Source: an uncultured virus (IMG/VR IMGVR_UViG_3300032007_000021)
Taxonomy: Duplodnaviria; Heunggongvirae; Uroviricota; Caudoviricetes
Direction: 5' to 3' (one strand)
IMG/VR virus record: IMGVR_UViG_3300032007_000021
Length of the DNA stretch: 64,000 nt
The position numbers and the translations under genes are program-made. The notes below the pieces were generated by a model. It was not told where the DNA came from. It saw only the letters and a list, made by a program, of their open reading frames with translations, and did no database searches. Shown piece after piece: positions 25,884 through 37,642 of the stretch (position 1 is its first letter; the number at the start of each line of letters is the position of its first letter).

Positions 25884-26744
25884 TTAAAACAGTCTCTCCG
25901 CAATCTCTTTCTCTTTGTCTTGCAATCTTTGAATTGTAATTTTGCAATACTTCTCTTCTTTTTCGATGAGAACACACTTTCTATTGGTGTTCATACAAGC
26001 TACTCCGGTAGTGCCTGAACCAGAAGTAAAGTCAAGAACAAGTTCGTTTTCATTCGTGTAGGTCTTGATTAGATATTCCAGCAGGGGAACAGGTTTTTGT
26101 GTGGGGTGGACCGTTTTCCCTTTTCTTGAAAAATTCAAAATCGTGTCAGGGTAGTTTGTGTACTCTTGGATATAAGTTTTTTCACTGTGTATTGATTTCT
26201 CTCCGTCTTTCATGGCGTTATGATCCGGCATCCTGATTCTTGCTCTTTTCAGTGATGGACGCCAATAGGTGTTTTCTGCTCCTTTTTTTCCTTTTTCGTT
26301 CATGTGCTGTGAAATTTTACCATACTGTTTCAATCCCTGCGGGATATATACCATGTTGTTTTTATTTCCGTTTGATGTTTTCCCCTCGCTGAAAACGGAA
26401 ATTATTTCGTGTCTGTTCATCGGTTTCAGTTTTGCGTTGACAAATCCAACTGAATACGACTTTACCCATATCCAGTCATACTTGAACATCGGCAGATTCG
26501 ACATCCGCAAGGACGAAGAAAACGGTTCACTGCCGAAAAGACAAATAGCACCATTCGATTTCACCAGTCTTTTCAGTTGTTCCCACATCGGCTCAAACGG
26601 TATCACGCTGTCCCACTTACAAGCAGTAGTTCCATAAGGAGGATCGGTGATACAGGCATCGAACGTCATATCAAGCTCCGACATTATTTCCAGACAATCG
26701 CCTTGATACAATTTCACCCATTGATTTTCATATATCGGATTCAT
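25884..26744 (-). CDS. DNA amino-methyltransferase (beta class), TAG-free paralog B
   Basis: DPPYGTT, HPTQKP, DFTSGSGTTG. Confidence 0.9.
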   Translation of the reverse strand: MNPIYENQWVKLYQGDCLEIMSELDMTFDACITDPPYGTTACKWDSVIPFEPMWEQLKRLVKSNGAICLFGSEPFSSSLRMSNLPMFKYDWIWVKSYSVGFVNAKLKPMNRHEIISVFSEGKTSNGNKNNMVYIPQGLKQYGKISQHMNEKGKKGAENTYWRPSLKRARIRMPDHNAMKDGEKSIHSEKTYIQEYTNYPDTILNFSRKGKTVHPTQKPVPLLEYLIKTYTNENELVLDFTSGSGTTGVACMNTNRKCVLIEKEEKYCKITIQRLQDKEKEIAERLF

Positions 26745-26761
26745 AAACCTATTTCCTCATA

Positions 26762-29700
26762 TCAAATAATTTTCACTTTTCTCATAATATATATAGGCTC
26801 TCCATGAAACACTCCACTATATCTATTCTTATAATCCATGTATAAAATCTCTTTTACTTCAAACTTGTTTTCTGTCATTTTTAAAAAATCTTCCTTTAAA
26901 GCATACTCTTTTCCTTTTATTTTTACATCGTCTATATTCACGATGAACAAACCATCTTCTTTCAAAAACTAAAAACTTTTATCTATCAAATTTCTCAAAA
27001 AACCTTCTTTCCATTCTTCATAAGTTTTATATTTTATATAACTTTGTTCTTTATCTTCTGAATAATGCTATTTACTGAAATATGGAGGTGAAGTAAAAAT
27101 CATATCATATTTTTTGTCACTCTCAAAATTTTCATAACATCCAAAACTTACCTTTACTTCCTTTTCTATATTTCTATCTAACAAACATTTTAGTTGATTC
27201 AATCCTTTCACTGTATCTGCTGAAGCATCCAAACATTCATAACTTTTTACTTTATCACTGCAATAAGCTCCAAACATTCTCCCTCCCCATCCACCACAAG
27301 GGTCTAACACCTCTCCATTTTCAGGACAATATCTGTCATATATCTGTTTTGCAAGAGTCGCTCTAAAACCAGTTATCCTTTGTTGCGATTTTAATTCCGT
27401 TCTCAATGTTCCAACCGTCAATTTATCATAATGTCGAATCACATCTCTAACTACATGTCTCAATCTATAATTAAAAGAATATAAAGCAGAATGCGTACAA
27501 TCTCTATCTACTTCAAAAAAATTCGGGAAAAAACTCAACAAAAATCCTCCACCAGATGTTCCACTTGAATTTTTTACATGATTATCAATAATGATATTTG
27601 ATTCATTTCTAACTTTTTCGATCTCTGTTTTCACCTCAAATTCTTCTTGCTTATAATATGGAAAACCTTTTTCTTTAATCTTATTTAATAATTCTTCACT
27701 AATTTCATCATCACTAATATTTTCGTTTCTTTGCAAACCTGGTTCATATTCATAATCAGAAGACAATAACACCTTGTTTTCTTTCTTCACTTTTCTCAAC
27801 ATAAGATTGTTATTTTTCAACCAAGTCTCAAAAACCGTTCTCTTTACTCCACATTTCTTCATCAATTCATCTTTATTGAATTTTTGATATAACTCATCCA
27901 ATTTATCTTGTGTCATCTCTTCAAGATTTAATTCAGCTCCTTCAAACACCGCTCTCTTAATTGCATTCAATGTCTTACTCATCGGTTTATATCCAACCAC
28001 CTCCATCCATTTATATAATGTCGGTTCACTACATCCTAAAATCTTCTGCAATTCTACTTGCGTCTTTCCTTCATTTTGCAATTTTTCTAAAATCTCATAA
28101 GTTATATCATTTCTCTATTTTGTAATAGGATTCTCCACTCTTTCTTTATGAACAGCTCTTTTAGATTGTCCTGTCTCAAATTGTGTCTTCCATTTATTCA
28201 ATGCACATTGATGAAACGCTTCTTTTGCTGTTTCACTATAAACTTCACTCTGATATTTCTATATATATTCTTTTTTGGTTAAATTATGATCTTTTCTAAT
28301 GTGTTGAGTCAAACTCTTCGCTTTATACCCACATATCTCGCAACAAACATAATCCTTCCCTTCTTCACCTGATTCTATCTATTTATATCTCGGTAAATAT
28401 TCCACTTTCTATGCTTTTATTATATGCTATGGATTAATTGTCTCAACTCCCCACTCTCTTTTATATAAATCACTTTTTGAAGCATATTTTCCATCTGGAA
28501 GCAAATAGACAAATCTCTTTTTGTATGGTGTTGGAACACCATCAAATTTATTTATATTATTTTTAACAACAATCTCTCTTTGTTTGTCACAAATCAAAGA
28601 AGCATCTTTATATTTCTAAAGATATTCTTTATTTGTCATATTATGTTCTTTCAATAAATGATAGCCAAGTCTTCTAAAACTCTTTCCACATTCCAAACAT
28701 CTCACAAAATCAACTTGCAATTTTAATTCTTCGCCTTGTTTCTTTATGAAATAATAATGATCCTCTTTTGCCCCTTTTGTACATTCAAACTCCTTTATCC
28801 AAGCATTATTTATTTTTTTCATATCTATTGTTTCATCAACACAAAGAATAAAATTACCATTTTCATCAAGATTTCTCAAAACAGCTTCAATCATATAATT
28901 CAAAAAATATTTATACCAATTATCCTTATCAGGATACTTTTTTATACTTTGTTCTTTATCTTCAGAATATATCTATTCATCAAAATATGGAGGACATGTA
29001 AAAGACAAATCTATCTTTCTTCCATTTAAAACTTGTTCAACAAATTTCAAATCACTACTATCACCATAATAAATTTCACAATTCTAAAATCCAATAAATT
29101 TTGCAAGTTGTTTTAATTCATCAACCAATTTTTTATTAGCATCTATTGCTATATATTTCATTCCTAAAGCATAAGCAGCCAATAATCTTCCACCCCATCC
29201 AGCACAAGGATCAAAAAAAACACCATCCTTTTTGGCAAATTTTTGTAATCTTAAAGCCACTAAATTTTGATTTAAATTATTGACAACTCTAAAACCACAA
29301 CTAAACATCATTGCCGCCAATATTCTTTTTTGATGATGAACTCCACTTTCATGTGAAAACTGATAATCTATCACTTTTTTCATCAATTCTCTATCTTTAT
29401 AAATCTAATTTATTGATCTGTTTTTTTTTACTCTCGCATCAAATCTACTCTTTATAAAACAATTCAAAATAATATTTCCAGTATTGTTTCTACTAAACAG
29501 ACCTTTTTCAATATATTTTTTATAATCTTTCAGTTCTTGTTCTGCATCAAAAACATCTTCATACACATCTAACCGTTGATAAACATTAACAATATCCTAA
29601 ACAACATATTTCTTTTCTTCTTCACTTAATTTGCGATACTATAAACAATCATTCAAACATTTTAAAGATAAATCAGATAAAATTTCTTTCGATTCTATTA

Positions 29701-30247
29701 TTTCATCTTCACTTACTTCATTCTATTTCTTGAACTACTATATAAATTTATTGATTTTTGGTTGACAATATTCCTACCAATGATTTTCTATATCTTTCTA
29801 CCATAAAATCAAAATATGATTGCCATTACTTTCATAAGCTTCCCGCACTTGTTTTTCATGCTATTCTTTTGAAATTCCAATTATTTCCTAACTATGCCAA
29901 TAATCACCAAAAACCTAACAAAACCACCCATTCTTTCTTAAAAACGGATTCTTATATCTTTTACCTTTCTATGCTTTTTTTATAGTTTCATTTAAAATCT
30001 ACATCTGTTTTTTATTCATCAAAACAAAATCCGGCATCGCCACATTATAATCGTGATCCACTGATTTACCTTTTTCTAAAATCTTTTTTCGCACAGTCTT
30101 CTCCTTAAAACGGACAGGACAATTCCATAAAATATAACTATGATATTTCTATATAAAATAATTTGTACTACAAAAAAATGATGGCGTTCTTTCACGAACC
30201 TTTCTTTCTATACTGGTTTCTCTCTTTTGTGTCAACCCTTCCTTCAT
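26762..30247 (-). CDS. 1161-aa fusion: Vsr-like nuclease + MTase + C2H2 Zn fingers + HTH + MTase
   Basis: four ORF fragments in one frame; PDF...*VFGDYWH, DPCAGWGGR/TCPPY, CLECG..H..H, CEICG..H..H, DPCGGWGGR/TSPPY. Confidence 0.8.
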
Positions 30248-30384
30248 ATATCTTCTCCTTTGTTATATGTTAGTATCTTTTATAGAATTTTCTCTTTCAT
30301 TTATTTTACTCATATAACAAAAATTTATATAGGAAATTTTATCTTTAATTCCTCAAAAATAAAAAACCCTATAAATTATATATA

Positions 30385-30418
30385 AAAACAGGTTGGAATA
30401 TTTCATCCAACCTGTTTA
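30385..30418 (-). terminator. terminator after the major capsid gene
   Basis: aaacaggttgga/tccaacctgttt inverted repeat. Confidence 0.7.
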
Positions 30419-30446
30419 ATTTCAATTACTTACAACTAATTTACAA

Positions 30447-31653
30447 TTAGCCTCTTGTAATTTTCATCTTCACAACACCATAAGGATTATGTACCCCTAC
30501 TCCGATCTGTTCAAACATTGAGAAGCCGATTAAGCGACTCTTCGGATTGTCTGCGGACAGAATGGTAAGATCAGTTCTGACAGGGATTCTGCCAAGGAAC
30601 TCAGGTTCAGCACAAACATAGATTGTACCTTCCTCAACCATACGGGAGCAAATAATCTTAGCACCCCAAAGACCACCAAGGATGCCAGTCTTAAGTAAAT
30701 CTCCCTGAGTATCTGGATCAAGGGTATCTCTATCCCACTTACGGAGATCAGAGAAATCTTTAGCATTCATGAAAATATTAGCAACTCTAAGGTCATGACG
30801 CTCAATAGTAGCGAAACCATCAGCAAGAGCCGCACTGGTAAGATTACCCGTGATAGCAATAGGCTGATTAGGAGTTGTAGGATCATCTGTCACAGCATCA
30901 AGACAAGCAAAAATTTTCTTATCTTCTTCTGCCATGATAGAAGCATTACCCAAATCCACAGAGCGCTAAATGAGGTCAAAACGTCTGGCTTTGATTTCAG
31001 TCAAAGGAATTTCCGGATTTGCCGCAATTTCAAATAACGGAAACATCACTCTTCTGGGTTTAACCACAGAAATGATATTGTCTCCTTCTTCCAAATTTGT
31101 TACCGTTAAAGTTTTTTATCTTTAACATCTATGGCTTCTTTTTGTTATACCATAGTTCAGCATATCTTTTTACCCATTCTTTCAAGTTTGTGAAACTTGA
31201 TTCAGTTATTCCTAACTTGGGTATCTCTGCCTCGTGGAGTGTTTAAGAGGTCTTCTTATTTCACTCTATGCGTTGCCCCTGTCAGATGTTCCCATCTGCA
31301 AATGAAATATATGGCGGTCTGTCAAATATTTCAACCTTCAGGTCTGATTGTCCACTTCTGGACTTTCCAGATTTTTTCAGAGATTTTACATCGGCTATTG
31401 AAGGATTCTCTTTCAGTATTCTCTGCTTCGTATGTTAACCGATCACATAAGCCGCAACATCTGCATCCTTATCATAAATCGGCAGAGCACCATCAGGAAG
31501 CTGTTCGACATAAAATGCCTTACGACCAACTGATGTATAATCTCTGCGTCTGCGCAAAGGTTGAATCATGCTTGCAGCTAAACGCTGACGACCTGCGGCA
31601 GTACGAACATTCTTTGAAAGAATCTCATACTTTTTCTCAATAGACATACTCAT
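30447..31653 (-). CDS. major capsid protein (exons 31653-31438 and 31091-30447)
   Basis: spliced AYVIG/EEGDNI...PLFEIAANPEIPLTEIKARRFDLI*RS; located in the head module. Confidence 0.8.
31092..31437 (-). ncRNA. group I intron (346 nt, no ORF) in the major capsid gene
   Basis: exon ends GGU; P1 AUCGGU/GCCGAU with U.G; GCAACGCATAG and AAGATATGCTG core elements; terminal G; removal restores the frame. Confidence 0.85.
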
Positions 31654-31674
31654 ATTATTTCTTCTCCTTATTTA

Positions 31675-32124
31675 TTAGATTGACATTTCAAGTCCAAGGA
31701 AAGGATCAGAAGCAGTAGGAGTCTTGGTCACATAACCAATCACTGTTTCATCAGTACCCTTCACATTAGTCAAATAACCATTAGCATCAGCATAAAGCTT
31801 ATCACCAATAGCAAAAGTAACATCGGCATAGATGTCAACTTCAACTGAAGCCATTTTTTGACAAATCGCAATCTTGTTAGAAGCGATTGCCTGGTTATTA
31901 TCAAACGGATGTCCAGCCGCATCATTCACAAACAATCCAACAGGACGATTTGTGCCATCAGCAGGAACGACAGTATAGCTTGCACCATCTTTCAGTGCAG
32001 CCACAGTTCCACCAAGAACTCCGAACGGGAGTGAACCATCGGTGGAATTTTGCTTTGTAAAGCAAGTCTTATCCAACTCATAAAGTGAGTTGAAACTGGT
32101 TCTGTTTTTCAAAATGAGAGACAT
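31675..32124 (-). CDS. putative head decoration/cement protein
   Basis: directly upstream of the capsid gene; PVGLFVNDAAG, GDKLYADANGYLT; 149 aa. Confidence 0.6.
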   Translation of the reverse strand: MSLILKNRTSFNSLYELDKTCFTKQNSTDGSLPFGVLGGTVAALKDGASYTVVPADGTNRPVGLFVNDAAGHPFDNNQAIASNKIAICQKMASVEVDIYADVTFAIGDKLYADANGYLTNVKGTDETVIGYVTKTPTASDPFLGLEMSI

Positions 32125-32154
32125 AATTTTTTCTCCTTTTGTTTTGGTTTTTTA

Positions 32155-33018
32155 TTAAATGCGCGGAACATCAAGTTTGTCCCAAAGACCTTCAAGTTCA
32201 TCAGACTTCTTGTTTGCAACTCTAACAAGTTTCGGCTGACAAGCAATCTTCTTGATACCTTGTTTCTTTTGGGCAACTTTGGCAACGACCTAATTTTTAT
32301 CGTCTTCCTACGCATCATCGGCAAATACTTGTTCCAACTATTCATCTGCTTCTACTGACTCTTCATCACAAGATGTTTCAAAATCCACATCAGTATTCAC
32401 ATCAGTTGGAGTTTCCTATATTTCTACTTCCTACTATTCATCTGCTATTACTTCATCTTCTACTTCTTCAGTAGTTTCTTCTTCAGGGGTTTCTTCTTCA
32501 GCAACCTAAGGAACAGTTGTTTCTTCTGTTTCAGAAACTTCATCAGCTTCTTTTTCACATTCCTATTCAGCCTACTTATCATTGCAAGCCTATGTAGTCT
32601 ATTCAGCCTACTTATCATTGCAAGCTTCTTCAGTACAATCATCAGTAGCAATCCAACGATTCATAGAAGCAACAAGTCTCTTATTACCAAGTTTCATGAA
32701 ATCTCTGGCTTGAGCTTCAATTTCCTTTTCCGGAGCATCTTCACCTAAAAACATCATCGACAACTTAATGGCATTTTGTGCAGCCGCATATATTTCAGCA
32801 ACTTTAGGAACAGGAATATTATTCTAATCCCTCTTATCCTCTTTCCACTCATGTCTCATGTCAGGCAACTCATGATTGACTGTCTGCTCAAAAGTGTGAT
32901 ATTCATCAATTGGATGATAGTTTTTTGATCTTTCCAAGTTTCCAACATCACCAGGGAAAAGACCATCAGCTTGTGATTCAGCTTTCTTGATTCTTTTTGT
33001 TAATCTCACTCTACTCAT
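32155..33018 (-). CDS. acidic scaffold-like head protein
   Basis: 287 aa; TAGs embedded in Glu/Asp-rich tracts; between protease-like and capsid genes. Confidence 0.6.
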
Positions 33019-33035
33019 AATATTTCTCCTTTTTA

Positions 33036-33623
33036 TTATTTCTTAATGTTTGCTTCAAGTTTATCGGAAAGTTTATCTAAACGATAAGCAAGTTTCTTCA
33101 TACCTTTTGCCTCAAGCATAGAAGCAATCTCATCAAATTTAGCAGTTAATTTTGCAACATAAACACTATCAGTAGGGAAAACTTCATCATCTGTACTTAC
33201 TTCATCTTTTGCCTACTCGCCACCGGGAGCAACTTCAGAAGTAGTCGGATCACCACCATTGGCAGTATCTTTTATTTCATCTTCTATTCCCGGTTCCTAC
33301 TAAGAAGCTGTTATCTCATCTTCTGATTCATCCAAAGAAGAAAGAAATTCATTTAATTCCTCTTCACTGACAATGCTATCTTCATCATCATCTTCAGGTA
33401 AATCAAATTCCTATTCTGCCTCAAGATCATCTTCTTCATCCTAAAACTCAGAAAAATCTTCTTCTGTTATCTCTTCCTCATCTAAATCTTCAGCGTTAAC
33501 ATCTTCAGGAACAGTTTCCTACACATCATCAATTTCCACAACTTCATCTTGCACAACATCGCCATCTTCTAATCCAGCGATTACATTTAACAGTGCAGAG
33601 CGTCTTCTTTTATAATTACTCAT
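33036..33623 (-). CDS. acidic head-module protein
   Basis: AGGAG RBS; 195 aa; D/E-rich; ends TAA. Confidence 0.6.
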
Positions 33624-33838
33624 GTTATTTTCTCCTTTTACTTTTTTATTGTTTTTAAGGGATACCGTCTATTTATAAACAAAAAATAAACAAAAAAATC
33701 GTTTTTATTATATAAAATCAACAATTTATAACCATTGACATTATACAAACAAAAACGACTTTATACCTATAAACGGTGCTGTTTTTAATTTTATTAAATA
33801 ATTTTTACAAATACCAATAAACTTCAAAAAAAACCTCT

Positions 33839-34777
33839 TTATTTCAAAATATTTCTTGCAAGTTTTTTTATTTTATACTACTATTTTGCCAAATCAAGTG
33901 CCATTTTAGATTTTCTGTCCGCAACTCTTAAATTCATAAACATTTCTTCTGACAAAGCATTTAATTCAGCTTCTCTTTCCAATTTACTCATCTTCAATTT
34001 CGGCTACTATCCAATTAAATAATTAACAACAGCCCCAGCAAAAGCAGGATGTTCAACCCAACTTGCTTCTATAAAATGACAACTGTCTGCAATATATTCA
34101 CCAGTATTTTTGTCTATAGCTCCAATCAATTCAGCGCATTTGTAATTTTTCCCATCTACATTGATATATTGACCAAGATGATTTTCCAAGTGTTCACAAT
34201 TTTTGTCATCATCTCCTATAACCTTTCCACAAATAGAACATGTAGCATAATTACAACAGCAACCCATAGACAATGTGGTTATCTAACCACTCTAAATTTT
34301 TTCCACCAAATCTTCATGTTTTCTGGATGTACAGGTTAATAAATCAACATAAAAAACGTCAGCTTCCTTACCATTTTTTCCTTTGTATGTAACTGGCCTT
34401 AAAACAGCATCTAATATCTTTCCTTTTGATAACGCAGGAACTTGTATATGATCTCGGTAAACATCCCCTCCAACAAATGTCTTATAACAATAAGTAATAA
34501 CTTCATTTGTCCAAGCATTACCATTTGCATTCACCAATTCATCACAAGGCTATACTATTCTATATCCATTATCTTCCACTTGACAAGAAGCCAAAATACT
34601 CACATGAGCAAACAAATAATCTTGTCTGTTAAATTTTTTCCAATCTACATTCAATTCTCTGTAAGCAGTTCTTATATTTCCTCTTGAACAAGACAAAATA
34701 TTTTTCCAATCATTTTGAGGATTATCTAAAATATGTGCTATTGGAGCAAATATCTAACCTTTTTTCATTTTTCTCAT
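33839..34777 (-). CDS. putative prohead maturation protease
   Basis: 312 aa; GKILDAV, LSMGC..CSICG..CEHL, FIEASWVEHPAF; between portal and capsid genes. Confidence 0.6.
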
Positions 34778-34810
34778 ATCCTTATATTATTTATCACTAT
34801 ATAAAATGTC

Positions 34811-34832
34811 GGAGAGATAAATTTATCTCTCC
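34811..34832 (-). terminator. hairpin terminator
   Basis: ggagagataa/ttatctctcc. Confidence 0.6.
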
Positions 34833-34841
34833 ATTTTTTAA

Positions 34842-35357
34842 TTATTCAGAAACACTTGCACTTATGGATTCAGAAGCACTATTGCTCTATTCAGACTCCG
34901 AATCACTTGCACTTGATGATTCCTCAGAAGAACTTGAACTATCAGATTCTTCACTTGAAGATGAAGATTCCTCTTCAGAAGAACTTGAACTATCAGATTC
35001 TTCACTTGAAGATGAAGATTCCTCTTCAAAATAATAGCCCCAAACATCTCTTGGCTTCATACTTTGTATAAAAGCATCACACAACTATTTCTAATCTTCT
35101 GTTGGAAATTGTACTTTTAAATTTCTTCCAATAAGTTGCACCATTTTCATCAAAGCATAACTATTCTGCTTTGACAATTCTTGTCCGGCATTTTCATATT
35201 TTAAATTCAATCTATCAATCAAACCAACTCTTGATGGCAACATTGCTGTTATAAAATCTATAACAACAGTTCTCTCATTTTCCGTCAAATAACGGAATTT
35301 ATTAGTTCTACCAATCATATAAATGGTACGTCCATACTTCCAAGCGTTTACTGTCAT
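34842..35357 (-). CDS. protein with Ser/Glu low-complexity tail
   Basis: ORFs 35091 and 34887 joined across TAGs; 171 aa. Confidence 0.6.
34925..35027. repeat. tandem duplication of a 51-nt unit (EEESSSSSEESDSSSSS)
   Basis: two direct copies visible. Confidence 0.8.
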
Positions 35358-35447
35358 TTTATTTTCTCCTTATTTTAGTTTTTCCCATTCGAGGCAACTA
35401 ATTTCCTCAACAGATTTCTCTGCCAGCCTTTTTAGGGTTTAGGCTCT

Positions 35448-36074
35448 TTACTGTAAAGACAAACTCGACATAACATCTTCCAAATCACCCAACGCTTTTT
35501 CAAATTTTCTGGAAGTCGCATTGCTCATCAATTTTTTATTACTCATATTTAATTTCTTCAACGCCTCATAAGCATCAGAAATATCCTCAACCAAATCTCT
35601 TATATCATAAGCAACTTTCACACTTCCTTGTCTCAATTTGATTTCTTCATAACCTTTAGCCAACTTGCTTCTTAAATGAGCGTTCATAGCTCTTTCTGCC
35701 TAAAATTTACTTGTTGCAAAATCATGATACATTTTCTTAGTCAAATCATAAGTTCTTTCAATAAACCCAATTCTTCCAGAACAATTAACTGCCACAAAAA
35801 TATTTTCAGGCAATTCATAAATCGCATAATAATGGAACTTGTTACTGTTCTTCTCATAATCTCTAAACATCAAATAATGAGTCTATAATAACTTAATATC
35901 GTTAGTTTTCACATCATAATTTTGAGCAACAAAACTCTTACAATTTTTAGAGAGATTTGGAGCATAAGTTGTAACCATATCATACCAACTCTTGTTTCTC
36001 TATTCAACATCATTCTTTCTCATCGGAGAATATGCTTGAACTATTTTTTTTGCCATTTTATTAACATCTAACAT
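35448..36074 (-). CDS. hypothetical protein
   Basis: MLDVNKMAKKIV...; in frame with ORF 35448..35687. Confidence 0.55.
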
Positions 36075-36091
36075 TTTATTTACTCCTAAAT

Positions 36092-36604
36092 TTATTTTAA
36101 TTCACAAACTATTTTTTTAGCCAACTTATCTATTTTATTAATACACGCGATTTTTGATTGATTTAACTTTCTTCCGCATTTCGGACAAACTAAAACCGCC
36201 TATTTATTGTTCACATCATAATGTATTTCAAAAACAGATTTACATTTCGGACAAACAGCTTCTCCCATTTCTTTTTCATCTCTTGACATCTTAAAGACAG
36301 AAGGAGCTTCTTTGTAATAAACAGATTCAACCATACGATTAAATTTTTGAGCAAATTTTTTCTTATTATTTGCTTGTTTAAGCTATGGATTTGTTTTTAT
36401 CAGCCATTCAGGATCAAATTGTCTGTTTATACCATTAAAATTAACAACCACCTTTCTTATTGTTGGATTAATATCTACAACCACTCCCCAATTAACTAAA
36501 TTACGCGCAAAAAACGGATAAACCACATCTCCTATATTAAAACTATTCAACGTAAGATATGGTCTCTCTTTTGCTTTCTATATTCTCTATTTTAATTCAT
36601 CCAT
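36092..36604 (-). CDS. hypothetical protein with C-terminal zinc ribbon
   Basis: CPKC...CPKCG; 170 aa. Confidence 0.6.
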
Positions 36605-36661
36605 TATATTATTCCTTCTATTAAAAATAACTTTTTCATAAAAAATATAAAAATAAACATT

Positions 36662-37039
36662 TTATTCTATTTCAATATCCCAACGTGTCTTAAATTTTCT
36701 ATCTGTAATAGCAACCTTGTAAATAGATTTTAATAAAAAATATTTTACCTGCTTATCATCTCTATAATCCAAAGCAAACAATACCTTCCTTCTTCCTTGC
36801 TTTAATTTCCTGTATCTATACGACAAAGGGATCAATTCATATCTTTTTATCTATCCTGTCGTTACTTTCTTATATAAAACAACAATCGTAACTCTTCTCA
36901 ATGCCGCTTCTCTTATAGCCAACCTTACATTTCTTTTAGCAAACAAAGTCCCTGTAATTCTCTTTTTAGTCATTACAGGCTTTCTTCTTACAGCCTTCTC
37001 CTATACTTTTTTTACAAACTATGCAAAATCACTCTTCAT
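36662..37039 (-). CDS. WYL-like domain protein
   Basis: IREAALRRVTIVVLYKKVTTG*IKRYELIPLSYRYR...YFLLKSI. Confidence 0.5.
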
Positions 37040-37415
37040 TCTATAATTTATCCATCTATTCTATCATATCAACCATATAAGGCTAAATCGCAGTCTCAAG
37101 CAACTATTTAACCTTATCAACTATTTTTCTCTACATCGGTTTAAGGTCTGCAATATTTGCATCAATCAAACCTTGATTGACAATCTTTATTCCAGATACT
37201 ATTTGATCTATCCCTATCTATATTTTTTCCATTCCATCCTATACCTACACCTTTTTTTTCTTCTATTGTGAGGCTATCCTATTTATCGTTTGATCCACTA
37301 ACTGATTCTATTCCTATAATTGAGCCTATACAGCATACATCCATTCTCTTGGAGTAATACTTAAAGGTCTATTAGGGTCTTCTACAGCCTATTTAAATGA
37401 CATTTGCTATTTCAT
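37029..37415 (-). CDS. hypothetical protein
   Basis: ATG AAA TAG...; ends TGA overlapping the next gene. Confidence 0.5.
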
Positions 37416-37642
37416 TTATCACTCCTTAAATCTTCATCAAACAACGTATCCTTATAATCTTCCCTGTCCTCTCGGTTAACTTCTCTTTTATTGACTTTCT
37501 TTTTCAAATCACTTCTTCCCGGACGAAAAGACTATGTTCTCTTTTTGTCTCCACCATTGTCTCTTATTTGATCCACATCCTTATAGGCAATCATTTCTTT
37601 TGCTATCTTTAACAATGATTTAATTATAAATTTATTGTTCAT
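37412..37642 (-). CDS. small protein with KIAKE-type leader
   Basis: MNNKFIIKSLLKIAKEMI; ATGA overlaps at both ends. Confidence 0.55.
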
